A DNA stretch of 64,000 nucleotides. It comes from Histomonas meleagridis 2922-C6/04-290x (taxonomy: Eukaryota > Protista > Parabasalia). A program made the position numbers and the translations under genes. This document shows positions 54,590 through 64,000 of this stretch, piece after piece. The DNA is taken from assembly GCA_020184695.1 (NCBI GenBank), contig JAANOX010000071.1, positions 62,001 through 126,000 on the forward strand, in the 5' to 3' direction. How positions within the stretch are numbered: position 1 is the first letter of the stretch; every line of letters begins with the position of its first letter. The notes under the pieces are model-generated. The model worked only from the letters and a program-made list of their open reading frames with translations. It was not told the DNA's origin and made no database searches.

Positions 54590-56179
54590 TTATTTCTGTA
54601 CTTGGTTTCCCATATATTCCAAAACCATTTCCAAATTTGGAATACTTTTTGCTTTTAATCTTGTTGCCTTTACATGAAAATGTTTTGTAGTTGCGAACAC
54701 GAATCTTACTATGCACGCCTTTTCATCCGTCAATGTCTTAATTTCATTTCCATGTGAATTCAAAACGCCGTTTGGCATTTTTGCTATTTCACATAGTCCA
54801 ATCATTGTAATGTTTTTACCCAATTTCGAGTTCTTATACAAATTTTTCACTGGTAATGTATAAGAAAATGAAAGCATCGAATCACTTGCCAAATATATTC
54901 CTTCTCCATGCGCTGCGCCATGTACTACTTCGCCTGGAATTCTTGACATATTTTTTAGTCCGTTTTGCATAATCGAATACCATCGTGATCCTGCACTTCC
55001 ATGCCATTGATAGATACTTCCATATTGATTCTTTCGTTGAAGGAAATCAAGCTCTGCAGATGGCGATGATATTAATGTCATGAATTGGAATTCACATGGA
55101 ATCTCTTTAATTTGTAATGCTTTAGGTAATGATATTATTTGTGACTTGTTGGTAAGTAATAACCATCGAAGAAATTCTAGGGCATTCTTACCATACGTTT
55201 TGGAGATATCAGAATCTGTTAAACATGACAATATCAAATCTTCCATTGACGGAAGAGTCCTGAGTAAACCTTTCGAAAAGTCGAGAAGAGCGGTTGGCGG
55301 TGATGGGTTTAGATATTTCGGTTCAGCGAGAGCGCCGGAATAAATCGTTAATATCCAATCTGCTGCGAGGGGATCACGTCGTATTTCTTGAATTACAGAC
55401 GTGCCAACACCAATCTCATTGAAGCCTACAGCACAAAGTTTACTATCACAAATTGATGGTTTTATACCTGAAAAAGGGAGCTTTTTGCGACAAATACAAC
55501 AATGGTCATTGAGATCAAGAAATGCATTAACAATCTCTATAACAAGAAAGATAAGTGGTGAATCTTCAAATTGAACTGGACAAGAAGTGGCGTTAGTTGA
55601 GAGATTTCCGGTAAGAAGAAATTTCCTTGCAGAGTTAATATTGTTTCGACATAAAACAAGTGCTATTTCGGCTGACTTTGGATCGAAATTTTCTGCTATG
55701 AGTTGGTTTAATTTTTTATGATCAACAACTCCACGTGCTTGGAATAGGTATATTGATGCACGAGAAATATCTGATGATATGTAGTTAGGTGAAAAGAAAT
55801 TCCGAATTGCATCTTCCACCAATGGGCGACCAACATAATTTGTTTTAAAGATAGGATGAAGTACTTTCATTTTTTCAAGTGGAGTATCCCAATCAAGAGT
55901 TTTAAATGTTAATTCAATATCTAATAAAGTTGGTGAAAAATGAAATCCACAAACCATTTGAAGTGAAAGCGGAAGGACATCCTTAGGAACTTTGAAGCTA
56001 AGAATGTTATCACTGAGGGTTGCATTAAAATTTGGTAAATAATTAATGAAACATAAAATATGATTAAAAAAATTGGGGTCACCGCTTTTAGAAAGTGGTG
56101 GGTCTATTTGGCTACTTGGTAATGTGAAATTTTCGTCATCGTCATCCTCGATCACCACTTCTTCGTCATCATCGCTCAT
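54590..56179 (-). CDS. PARP6/8-like mono-ADP-ribosyltransferase
   Basis: CCIC...KPSICDSKLC Cys domain; catalytic WHGS..WYSIMQNGL and AAHGEGIYLA. Confidence 0.8.
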   Translation of the reverse strand: MSDDDEEVVIEDDDDENFTLPSSQIDPPLSKSGDPNFFNHILCFINYLPNFNATLSDNILSFKVPKDVLPLSLQMVCGFHFSPTLLDIELTFKTLDWDTPLEKMKVLHPIFKTNYVGRPLVEDAIRNFFSPNYISSDISRASIYLFQARGVVDHKKLNQLIAENFDPKSAEIALVLCRNNINSARKFLLTGNLSTNATSCPVQFEDSPLIFLVIEIVNAFLDLNDHCCICRKKLPFSGIKPSICDSKLCAVGFNEIGVGTSVIQEIRRDPLAADWILTIYSGALAEPKYLNPSPPTALLDFSKGLLRTLPSMEDLILSCLTDSDISKTYGKNALEFLRWLLLTNKSQIISLPKALQIKEIPCEFQFMTLISSPSAELDFLQRKNQYGSIYQWHGSAGSRWYSIMQNGLKNMSRIPGEVVHGAAHGEGIYLASDSMLSFSYTLPVKNLYKNSKLGKNITMIGLCEIAKMPNGVLNSHGNEIKTLTDEKACIVRFVFATTKHFHVKATRLKAKSIPNLEMVLEYMGNQVQK

Positions 56180-56429
56180 TCAATAGTGGGATGCCCCGTT
56201 TAATTGCCTTTTGTCAAACACTTTTCATGTAAACAAGTAAATACAGCTGTAAAAAGTTGCTTATAGTTTAATACGTTGAAATAAATAAAATTTTGGAATC
56301 TAAATTTATTTTTCACATTATTTTTGTCCTTACGCAATATTATTCTAGTGAATAAATTTATATCAATAACGAAAATGTTAACTTATGGCATAACGTTGTA
56401 CAATAACTAGTTATCTTCTAATTGATAAT

Positions 56430-57240
56430 AACTAAAACATAATCTTTTAAACAATAATAAGTGAATGATAATCTTCAAAATAATAATGAGAGAATGATAA
56501 TCTTCTAAATAACAATGAGTGAATGATAATCTTCTAAATATTAATAAGTGAATGATAACCTTCTAAATATTAATAACTAAAACATAATCTTCTAAACAAT
56601 AATAAGTGAATGATAATCTTCAAAACAATAATGAGAGAATGATAACCTTAAAAATAATAATGAGAGAATGATAACCTTAAAAATAATAATGAGAGAATGA
56701 TAACCTTAAAAATAATAATGAGAGAATGATAATCTTCTAAATAACAATGAGAGAATGATAACCTTAAAAATAATAATGAGAGAATGATAACCTTAAAAAT
56801 AATAATGAGAGAATGATAACCTTAAAAATAATAATGAGAGAATGATAACCTTAAAAATAATAATGAGAGAATGATAACCTTAAAAATAATAATGAGAGAA
56901 TGATAACCTTCAAAACAATAATGAGAGAATGATAATCTTCAAAATAATAATGAGAGAATGATAATCTTCTAAATAACAATGAGAGAATGATAACCTTCAA
57001 AACAATAATGAGAGAATGATAATCTTCAAAATAATAATGAGAGAATGATAATCTTCAAAATAATAATGAGAGAATGATAATCTTCTAAATAACAATGAGA
57101 GAATGATAACCTTCAAAACAATAATGAGAGAATGATAATCTTCAAAATAATAATGAGAGAATGATAATCTTCTAAATAACAATGAGAGAATGATAATCTT
57201 CTAAATAACAATGAGAGAATGATAATCTTCTAAATAACAA
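56430..57240. repeat. 29-bp minisatellite, ~28 copies
   Basis: Units CCTTAAAAATAATAATGAGAGAATGATAA / TCTTCTAAATAACAATGAGAGAATGATAA; period 29 (for example 56762 to 56791). Confidence 0.95.
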
Positions 57241-57341
57241 CGCTGGAACATCAATATATTATTCAACGTTTAGATTTTTATATAATTCATTTCCATATCA
57301 CATAACTATTACGAAACAAAATTTCATTCAATTAGATTTAA

Positions 57342-58961
57342 TTAACGCAGAAGTGTATAGTTGAGTGGGTATGCCACCGATGTGTCCACACCTTCAATCA
57401 ACTGATATAGAAAATCAGAAGCATTTTTTTTATAGCTTGCGATTCTATTTGGCTCTGTTTCTGTTGTTTTTACCAACAGCGGGCCGAATATATTTGCCAA
57501 TTCGTTACTTCCCAACTTGTTAAACTTTTCGAACTTCACAATATGTTGTAAGAATCCAGTCAAGTACATCAGTGTATGCATGTGCGTCTTTGGCAACGCG
57601 TTTGGGATATTTAAATATTTCCCATTTTCGCACAACAAATTAAATTCGGGCAAAAACGACATTGGTATTATTGAGTTTGTTAGTTGTTGGAACCATAACT
57701 TAATCAATGCGCATAAGTCATATAAGTTCATCTTTTGTAAACATGACATATCTTCATTTGCCATATTTGCATTTAAGTTGATTAATTTCTCTTGCCCAGG
57801 CTCAATAAAGATCCCTTCTTCACGTAGACCATTCTTGTTAATGAAGAGTTGAGTCATATAATATAAGATATATGGAATGGGACATAATGGGACTTTCTTG
57901 CGTTGCGACCACATAATTTCATAGATCGATGTATTGAATTGCTTTGAGTATTTGTCGGTTTCAAACAATTCTTTGATGCCATTTTGCTCAATGACATCAT
58001 AGTCTTCAGCTCGTCCAATACAACACCGACTTTCGAAACGGATGTACGCAAGTTGGGCCATCTCTTTCACTTTCTGACTCTCGTTTTCATCAAGGGCAGT
58101 ATGTGCAATATGTGATAAGATATATAATTGTGAGTCGCGTGTGGATGGGAAAAGTGATGCAACGACAAGGAAAAGTTCCCACGTACGTCGCAAAATATCT
58201 TGGTTAGGTGTATTGGTCGTTTGAGATATGAGTTGGAAAAAAACTTCATCACGAAGGGCTGTGTATTGGCAGAGAAGCATTACTAGCTTGGTGAGTGCAC
58301 GGTCTGCCTTTTCATCTGCATTTTTCTTGATGGTTATTACACGACTATATTTGAGAATGCACTTGAAAGCTTTGAGGGCAATTGGTATAACATCCCTAGG
58401 AAGACGACAAAGGATGGGTTTGGTGATTGGTTTTGATGTGAATTTGATAACATTATCAAATGAATACATCTTTCGGAAGAAGATGGATTCCTTTTTGTGT
58501 TGTTTGAAATATCGCTCACGGAAATCAGGATCATTGAATGCATCAATACTTCGGAGAAACATGTTACGATCAAAGGATGGTGGAGCAGCACCATCTTTAG
58601 CTTTTTCTTTTTGTACATTTGCTGAAGCTCTAAGAAGTGATAGAGGCGTTGAAACAATACAGGAAAGCTCGAGCGATAGTTCAATGACACTTTCTCTTGG
58701 AGGATTGATTTTGGAATCTTCTTTTGGTACTTCAGGAATTCCAATTTTGCTTCGAAAAACTATTGGCTTATCATTTTCATCTACCCAATTTCCAGGAGGG
58801 ACGTGAAGTAGAGATTTCGTATTTGGGTCAAAAATAAAACCATATGAAGGAAATTCGTAAGATACTGACGAATCACTTGAGTCATAATAATAGTATTGGC
58901 CATCCTCGTCTTTATATGCTAAAAAATCATGGATTTCGTCTTGTTCGCTCATGTTGTCCAA
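57342..58961 (-). CDS. WW-like + MyTH4 + RhoGAP protein (ARHGAP39-like layout)
   Basis: DEDGQYYYYDS..VSYEFP, LRDEVFFQLISQTT, CPIPYIL...GLREEGIF, ALIKLWFQQL, NELANIFGP. Confidence 0.85.
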   Translation of the reverse strand: MDNMSEQDEIHDFLAYKDEDGQYYYYDSSDSSVSYEFPSYGFIFDPNTKSLLHVPPGNWVDENDKPIVFRSKIGIPEVPKEDSKINPPRESVIELSLELSCIVSTPLSLLRASANVQKEKAKDGAAPPSFDRNMFLRSIDAFNDPDFRERYFKQHKKESIFFRKMYSFDNVIKFTSKPITKPILCRLPRDVIPIALKAFKCILKYSRVITIKKNADEKADRALTKLVMLLCQYTALRDEVFFQLISQTTNTPNQDILRRTWELFLVVASLFPSTRDSQLYILSHIAHTALDENESQKVKEMAQLAYIRFESRCCIGRAEDYDVIEQNGIKELFETDKYSKQFNTSIYEIMWSQRKKVPLCPIPYILYYMTQLFINKNGLREEGIFIEPGQEKLINLNANMANEDMSCLQKMNLYDLCALIKLWFQQLTNSIIPMSFLPEFNLLCENGKYLNIPNALPKTHMHTLMYLTGFLQHIVKFEKFNKLGSNELANIFGPLLVKTTETEPNRIASYKKNASDFLYQLIEGVDTSVAYPLNYTLLR

Positions 58962-59889
58962 TTTTTTTTCTGATAAAAGTGACGCTTTTTTGATTTCACT
59001 TTGGATAAAAGAATTTTATTTTATGCAATGATCGGCAAATTTGTATCTTTTTGCCATTTTTCATTCAACCTGATGGATAATTTCGAATATATCGACATGA
59101 AAATTATGGTACTAATTATTATATGTAAGATTTCGCGTAAAACCTGATATATATGCCAAAATGTGTTTATTTGTTTTTTCTTCATAAATAAAAGTCTTGT
59201 TATTCAAAAAGTTGATTTTTGTTTGAAACGCTCTGGAATTTTGAATACGAATTCAAAGAGGACAAACCCCCAACGCCAAACCCCAATTTGAAAACGATGC
59301 TTGCTACATGTTTAATTAATAATTTTCTATATCAGTCATATATCATTATGATGGTTATTTTTTTCTTAACTCCAATTAATAGGATCTAAAGAAAACCAAA
59401 ATTAAGGATTAATCCTTTATCAAACAAATAAAATGAATTTTTCTTATGAAAAACACTGGAATTTGCTAAATGATACAACAAAATACATCAATCATTCCTA
59501 CAACCCGAATACAATCCAAGGAGATTTTCATTAAAATCATTTTCTTGTTTATTCTGTAAACAGAGGGAATGAATCATATTTGAAAGAAAAACGATAAAAG
59601 GGATGACCCCATTTATATAAACTAGTCAATCCTTCTTTGTCACTTTTCATCTTCGTCCAAATAAAAATCCTTCATACAAGAAGACTATGAATGAGAATTT
59701 TCTTTTGTCTTGTTGTTTCGAACAATTTTTTGATGAAGTTTTTCTTACTATACACTTTATAATATTATTGTATTCATGCATTTACATTAGAGCTAACTGA
59801 TAATATAAATAACAGAGATACAAGCAAAATATTAATACTAGTAAATAGGGTATAGTGTGTGTTATCGTTGGTATATATTTCAAATATCG

Positions 59890-60150
59890 TCAAAATGTGA
59901 CATGAAGACAAGCGAATGATTTGATAACAAAAAAATGATATAGGATAAAATAATGAAAAATTTGTTCAATCATTTTCTCAATTAAATAATAGGATTCTTG
60001 TGTGTTCTTTATAGATATACGTTTGATAAAATTTGAGATGAGTTTAACGATATTTTGATTAATTTCTTCTTCTTTCGTTTGGGATGTTTTTAAAAAATTT
60101 ATGTCAATATCAGACACATACTTTTGTGATGAAAATGAATAATAAGCCAT
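59890..60150 (-). pseudogene. Remnant of a DUF3447-type ankyrin-gene head
   Basis: FLKTSQTKEEEINQNIVKLI...ESYYLIEKMIEQ resembles head A YLKVIQTKEEEINKNNPKII...EAYYIIERMIEN. Confidence 0.65.
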
Positions 60151-60958
60151 GTTACTTATAATAAAAATGATATATATATTATTATTAGTTTTTAGGAAAT
60201 TGGTTTTTTTTAAATTTTTTTTAAATAAAGAATAACAATATTTTCTTTTTTATATATAAAGGTAAAAACTATCTAATACTTGGAAATTATCTAAAGGTTT
60301 GGTGTAATTTTCCATTTTTCATTCAAATTAAAAATGTTAAATCTTTAAAATTATTCAAAATTCTTTTTTATAATTTCAAAATTTGATCTATTAAGTATTA
60401 AACAAACTATAATTTAAATATATAATGATTTTCTCTGATAATTTTTATAAAGTATAATTATTAAATTAAGTGCTTGATAAAAATTATGATAAAAATCAAT
60501 GATTATAATGGAAAACTAAACGCATTATTAAGCATATTTTATTTTCGTATTTCATAAATTTTTTCAATAATTATTATTATACTTATATATATGATATTTT
60601 TGAAATTTGTAGAAAGTAAATTTTTAAAATCAATTCAGGTATATCATTTATAAGATTCATTAAGTAACAAATACATAAATCAAATATATTGTTCCATGGA
60701 ATATTTTCGATAAATATTGAATATTTTATTAATAAAAATTTGAAAAAAAGAAAAGAGAACGTTGTTAATTAATTAATTCGTCAAAAATCAGGTGAGGTGA
60801 GCATGGTTGTTATAATTTACTTATAAAATTTCCAGGCGCCTGTGTCTTTAGAATATATCAACTTCAGCCTAATGAGAATGACACTATGCGTGTTTAAACA
60901 CAGGGCCTGTTGCTAATCTGTAATCAGAATTTGACAATGTTTGTTTGAATTCAAATCC

Positions 60959-61612
60959 ATGCTTCGAGGAAGCATATACACACAGTGCTGCAGTTTCACA
61001 ACTAAGGTAATGAAAGACCCTCTCTCAGCACCATTTAGAGAACCAGTGTCTACAACATTAACAGAAAGTCAATATGCAGAATATAAACAATTGATTGAAC
61101 ATCCAATGGATTTAAAAACATTATACGGGAGGCTAAAAGAAAGAGATTACTATCAGACAGTTCAAAGTTGGGGAGAAGATTTTTGTTTGATTTTTGATAA
61201 TGCAATTAAATACAATTCTCTTGATTCCTACATATCAGGAATTGCATTATTTTTCAAAAAGAAATTTGACAAGTTTTATTCTCTTATTACAATGGGGTCT
61301 GCAACCATGTATTCTCAAAGATTAAATTTATTATATTCACATTATCTAGAAGTATTAGCACATCCTCCTAAGAATTGCGATATTCACTCGTCTCAAGTTC
61401 CAATCGAAATGATGAAAAACGGATTTGAAGAATCTTCATTAGCTATTTTGGCAGATAAACTTAATTCTGTCAATATCAAAAATAAAGAAGAAGAGTTGGG
61501 AAAGATCATTGACATTGATCCGCAATCACGAAATGAAGTAAAAATCGATGTAGGGTCATTACCAGAAGAAAAGATCAAATCTCTCTGGAAATTTGTTCGC
61601 AAATTCACATAA
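60959..61612 (+). CDS. Bromodomain protein with C-terminal ET-like segment
   Basis: PLSAPFREPV, YKQLIEHPMDLKTL, LIFDNAIKYN. Confidence 0.9.
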   Translation: MLRGSIYTQCCSFTTKVMKDPLSAPFREPVSTTLTESQYAEYKQLIEHPMDLKTLYGRLKERDYYQTVQSWGEDFCLIFDNAIKYNSLDSYISGIALFFKKKFDKFYSLITMGSATMYSQRLNLLYSHYLEVLAHPPKNCDIHSSQVPIEMMKNGFEESSLAILADKLNSVNIKNKEEELGKIIDIDPQSRNEVKIDVGSLPEEKIKSLWKFVRKFT

Positions 61613-61767
61613 CTTTTCTTCTGATTTCCCTTTTGTAATGCATCGATAATGTAATAAAACATATTTCATATTTATTTTAAATAGTCGAAATTCAAAATCA
61701 TATTTTCACTTTGTGTTATTAACAAAAATAAATAAAAAGTGTAATTGATGAGAATAAATCAGGATTT

Positions 61768-62175
61768 TTATTGTTCTTCCTTCTTCATTCTGCAGCCAGC
61801 ATTGTAAACGAAGATATTCTTTTCTTGTGCAGCCTTTTCAATTTGACGGCGAAGCTTTCCTCCAACAGCATGATGAATAACTGCGCAATACTTTGTGTTG
61901 TTGGTGAACAATGGTTCAAGTTCTTTTACATTATGAACGATAACTGGTCTGAAACCATTTGGAAGCATATACTTTGTTTCTTTATCGCTTCCATAACCGC
62001 ATTTTGGATGTGCTGGTGTTCCGCGTTGGTTCTTACGAAATCTTGAATCAATACCACGAGTAAGACGCCAGCTAGACTTAACACGAACAAAAAGATCTGA
62101 TTGGATACGATTGAACCTTGTCTTTTTCTTCTTTATGATTGGCTTGTGTTCAGCAGCAACAACGGTGGTAGACAT
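61768..62175 (-). CDS. RPL32: 60S ribosomal protein L32 (eL32)
   Basis: IIKKKKTRFNRIQSD...WRLTRGIDSRFR...GYGSDKETKYMLPNGF. Confidence 0.97.
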   Translation of the reverse strand: MSTTVVAAEHKPIIKKKKTRFNRIQSDLFVRVKSSWRLTRGIDSRFRKNQRGTPAHPKCGYGSDKETKYMLPNGFRPVIVHNVKELEPLFTNNTKYCAVIHHAVGGKLRRQIEKAAQEKNIFVYNAGCRMKKEEQ

Positions 62176-62316
62176 TTGGAAAGGCTGACCAAACCGTTTT
62201 TTGTATTGAAGTTAACGGTCGAAAAGTGTTCTCTTATAATTTTTGTGGTTACAATTTGTATAACTGAAAGAGGTGATGAATTAAGCAAATGATTTTATTT
62301 TCACGTATGCGATAAA

Positions 62317-62535
62317 TTGAGCAGAACGTTTGAAAATACAGAATTTTATGTTGAAAAAAGAGGCAGTCAAATACCAATTATTATATATGGAAATAGGTGT
62401 GATTTCAATGAAGAAAGGGCTGCATCTCAATCTGATAATAAAGCACAACATTTTATTTTTCATCAGGATGATGAAAAAACAAGCAAAAGAAAAGAATCTG
62501 CCTACATATTAAATATGTTTTCATATCTAAAATAA
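62317..62535 (+). pseudogene. Ras-like GTPase fragment
   Basis: PIIIYGNRCDFNEER (G4 region) only; paralogous to 50068-50655. Confidence 0.6.
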
Positions 62536-62992
62536 TCTAATAAAAGATATTCTATCTCTTTCTATATGAAAAATAAACAAAATTATTGAGGTATCTTCAT
62601 TTTTTTAAAAAAAATTTTATGATAATTTTATGAAATAATTTTTTATATATCTAATGTTTACTGTGGTAGTAATAGCATTACACATTAGTATTATTTTATA
62701 AAAAGTATGCTCAATGCATTTTAAATCAAATTAATTATGTATTAATCGACTTTTCATATTTCCCTTGTTCGAGTAAAATATTTTTCATTGGAAATTAATT
62801 ATCCAGAATTTTAAGATATTTTTCTTGAACAAATTGAAAAGATGATTAATGATTTTTTTTCATATAGTAAAATGTTTTAAAAAATAGCAAGATTACATGC
62901 TTAACTTTCATTTTCATGTGTTTTATGACCATTTATTATATATTGCTGGAACAAGAACGAGATGGCATTTTGAATAAACGTTCATCTCAAAG

Positions 62993-64000
62993 ATGGAAAA
63001 TCCCTTAATTTCAAGCGAAGAACTTGAAAAAATAAATGATCCTGATCAAAAAATAGAGTTCCTAAAGTCATGTCTTCCAAAGTTTATTCAATACTTCTCC
63101 TCCAAAATGAATCAAATTCCATCAGAATCAGATTTACAAAGTATGAAAGATTTAGCAAACAAAATGTCAACTATCCTTGATCACTTAAATCCAGGAGATT
63201 ATCGTACAATTGTCAAGATAATTTTAATTTTTAATCATTTTCATTTTCAATTCCTTTTTGATGTAAAACCATATGTAAATTTCTTTTTAAGTTCCATTCT
63301 TGATGACAGTTTGTGTAGAGAAAAAGATTTTCTTGAAGCTTTACATATTTTATTTTCAGATACAAATTTTTGTAATCAACTGCTTGAACAAGATGGTCTT
63401 GATCTTGTTTATGACCGATGCTATTCAACAATTTCAAATGGTAGCCCTGGTCCACTTATTCATATTCTTCCATTATTTTATACCAAAGAATTAATTAATT
63501 CAATATCTTATAAGAAGCCACATTTTGTACTTGATCAAATATGCAAAATGCTTCAGTTTGCCACCAACGATACTTTATCAGTAATTCTTTATCATATTGA
63601 TACTCAAAGATCCATATCAAAAACGAATGGTTTTCCTACGTTTACAAATGATTCGCTTGAGACAATCAATAATATATTAGTCCATAGTAATTATAATGTT
63701 ATTTGGGAAATATATCGTTCGATCTTATATGATTCCAAACATGTTAACTCTAATTTTTTACCATTTTTTAATTCTTTATATCAAATGCCTGAATTATCAA
63801 CTGAAATTAAACTTAAAATTCTTCAGAACATTGGGAATAAATCAATTTCATTAATAACTGATATTAATTTCGATATTTCGAATTGGTTTATACCTGAAAT
63901 ATGTACAGACATTTTATTTTTTTTTGAGTTTAATAAAATATGTGGAATTTATTTAACGAATAAAACGAAAAACATTTCTTTGTTAATTAAAAAGTTTATT
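62993..64000 (+). CDS. Hypothetical helical protein, open to the window end
   Basis: Manual translation MENPLISSEELEKINDPDQKIEFLKSCLPKF... with no stop through 64000; it is absent from the ORF track because it is unterminated. Confidence 0.8.
   Translation, partial: MENPLISSEELEKINDPDQKIEFLKSCLPKFIQYFSSKMNQIPSESDLQSMKDLANKMSTILDHLNPGDYRTIVKIILIFNHFHFQFLFDVKPYVNFFLSSILDDSLCREKDFLEALHILFSDTNFCNQLLEQDGLDLVYDRCYSTISNGSPGPLIHILPLFYTKELINSISYKKPHFVLDQICKMLQFATNDTLSVILYHIDTQRSISKTNGFPTFTNDSLETINNILVHSNYNVIWEIYRSILYDSKHVNSNFLPFFNSLYQMPELSTEIKLKILQNIGNKSISLITDINFDISNWFIPEICTDILFFFEFNKICGIYLTNKTKNISLLIKKFI

Noticed and set aside
56997-57182. Coding tandem repeat (LLFRRLSFSHYY...)
   Set aside because: The 29-nt period is not a multiple of 3 and neighbouring units contain stops, so it is a chance ORF in a minisatellite.
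59266-59290. C-rich tract (possible G-quadruplex on the minus strand)
   Set aside because: There are too few complete G-runs and no supporting context.

Overview
AT-rich, intron-poor eukaryotic DNA from a parabasalid (Tritrichomonas/Trichomonas-like). The evidence is TCACT initiator motifs just upstream of ATGs, ML-type hydrogenosomal presequences on OsmC, alpha-HPP and GrpE, and DUF3447-like ankyrin and BspA-like families. Compact housekeeping genes (PP2A-A, PSMA4, MCT-1, PDE6D, ArfGAP, STE20 kinase, GrpE, NAA25, RPL32 and others) alternate with accessory or decayed patches. The standout is an ankyrin-repeat gene family at three loci (about 2.8-7.7 kb minus, 17.5-22.9 kb minus, 23.0-23.85 kb plus). 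Every 90-nt, stop-free ankyrin module is separated from the next by an AU-rich spacer at the same point (after N-A-K-D, before T-A-L). By hand count 35 of 49 spacers are exactly 80 nt and 6 are 63 nt. The spacers break the reading frame and lack conserved GT-AG ends, yet the modules look like they are under protein-level selection, and near-identical modules are shared between loci. This suggests an unrecognised non-canonical splicing or recoding system, or a cassette library. Also noted: a ~1 kb hAT-like non-autonomous element, a WD40-PFU-PP2C fusion, an in-frame UGA at a Cys position, three structured ncRNA candidates and a 29-bp minisatellite. Several single-base frame breaks in A-runs suggest assembly indel errors, which is a caveat throughout. 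All family assignments come from motif recognition; no database search was run.
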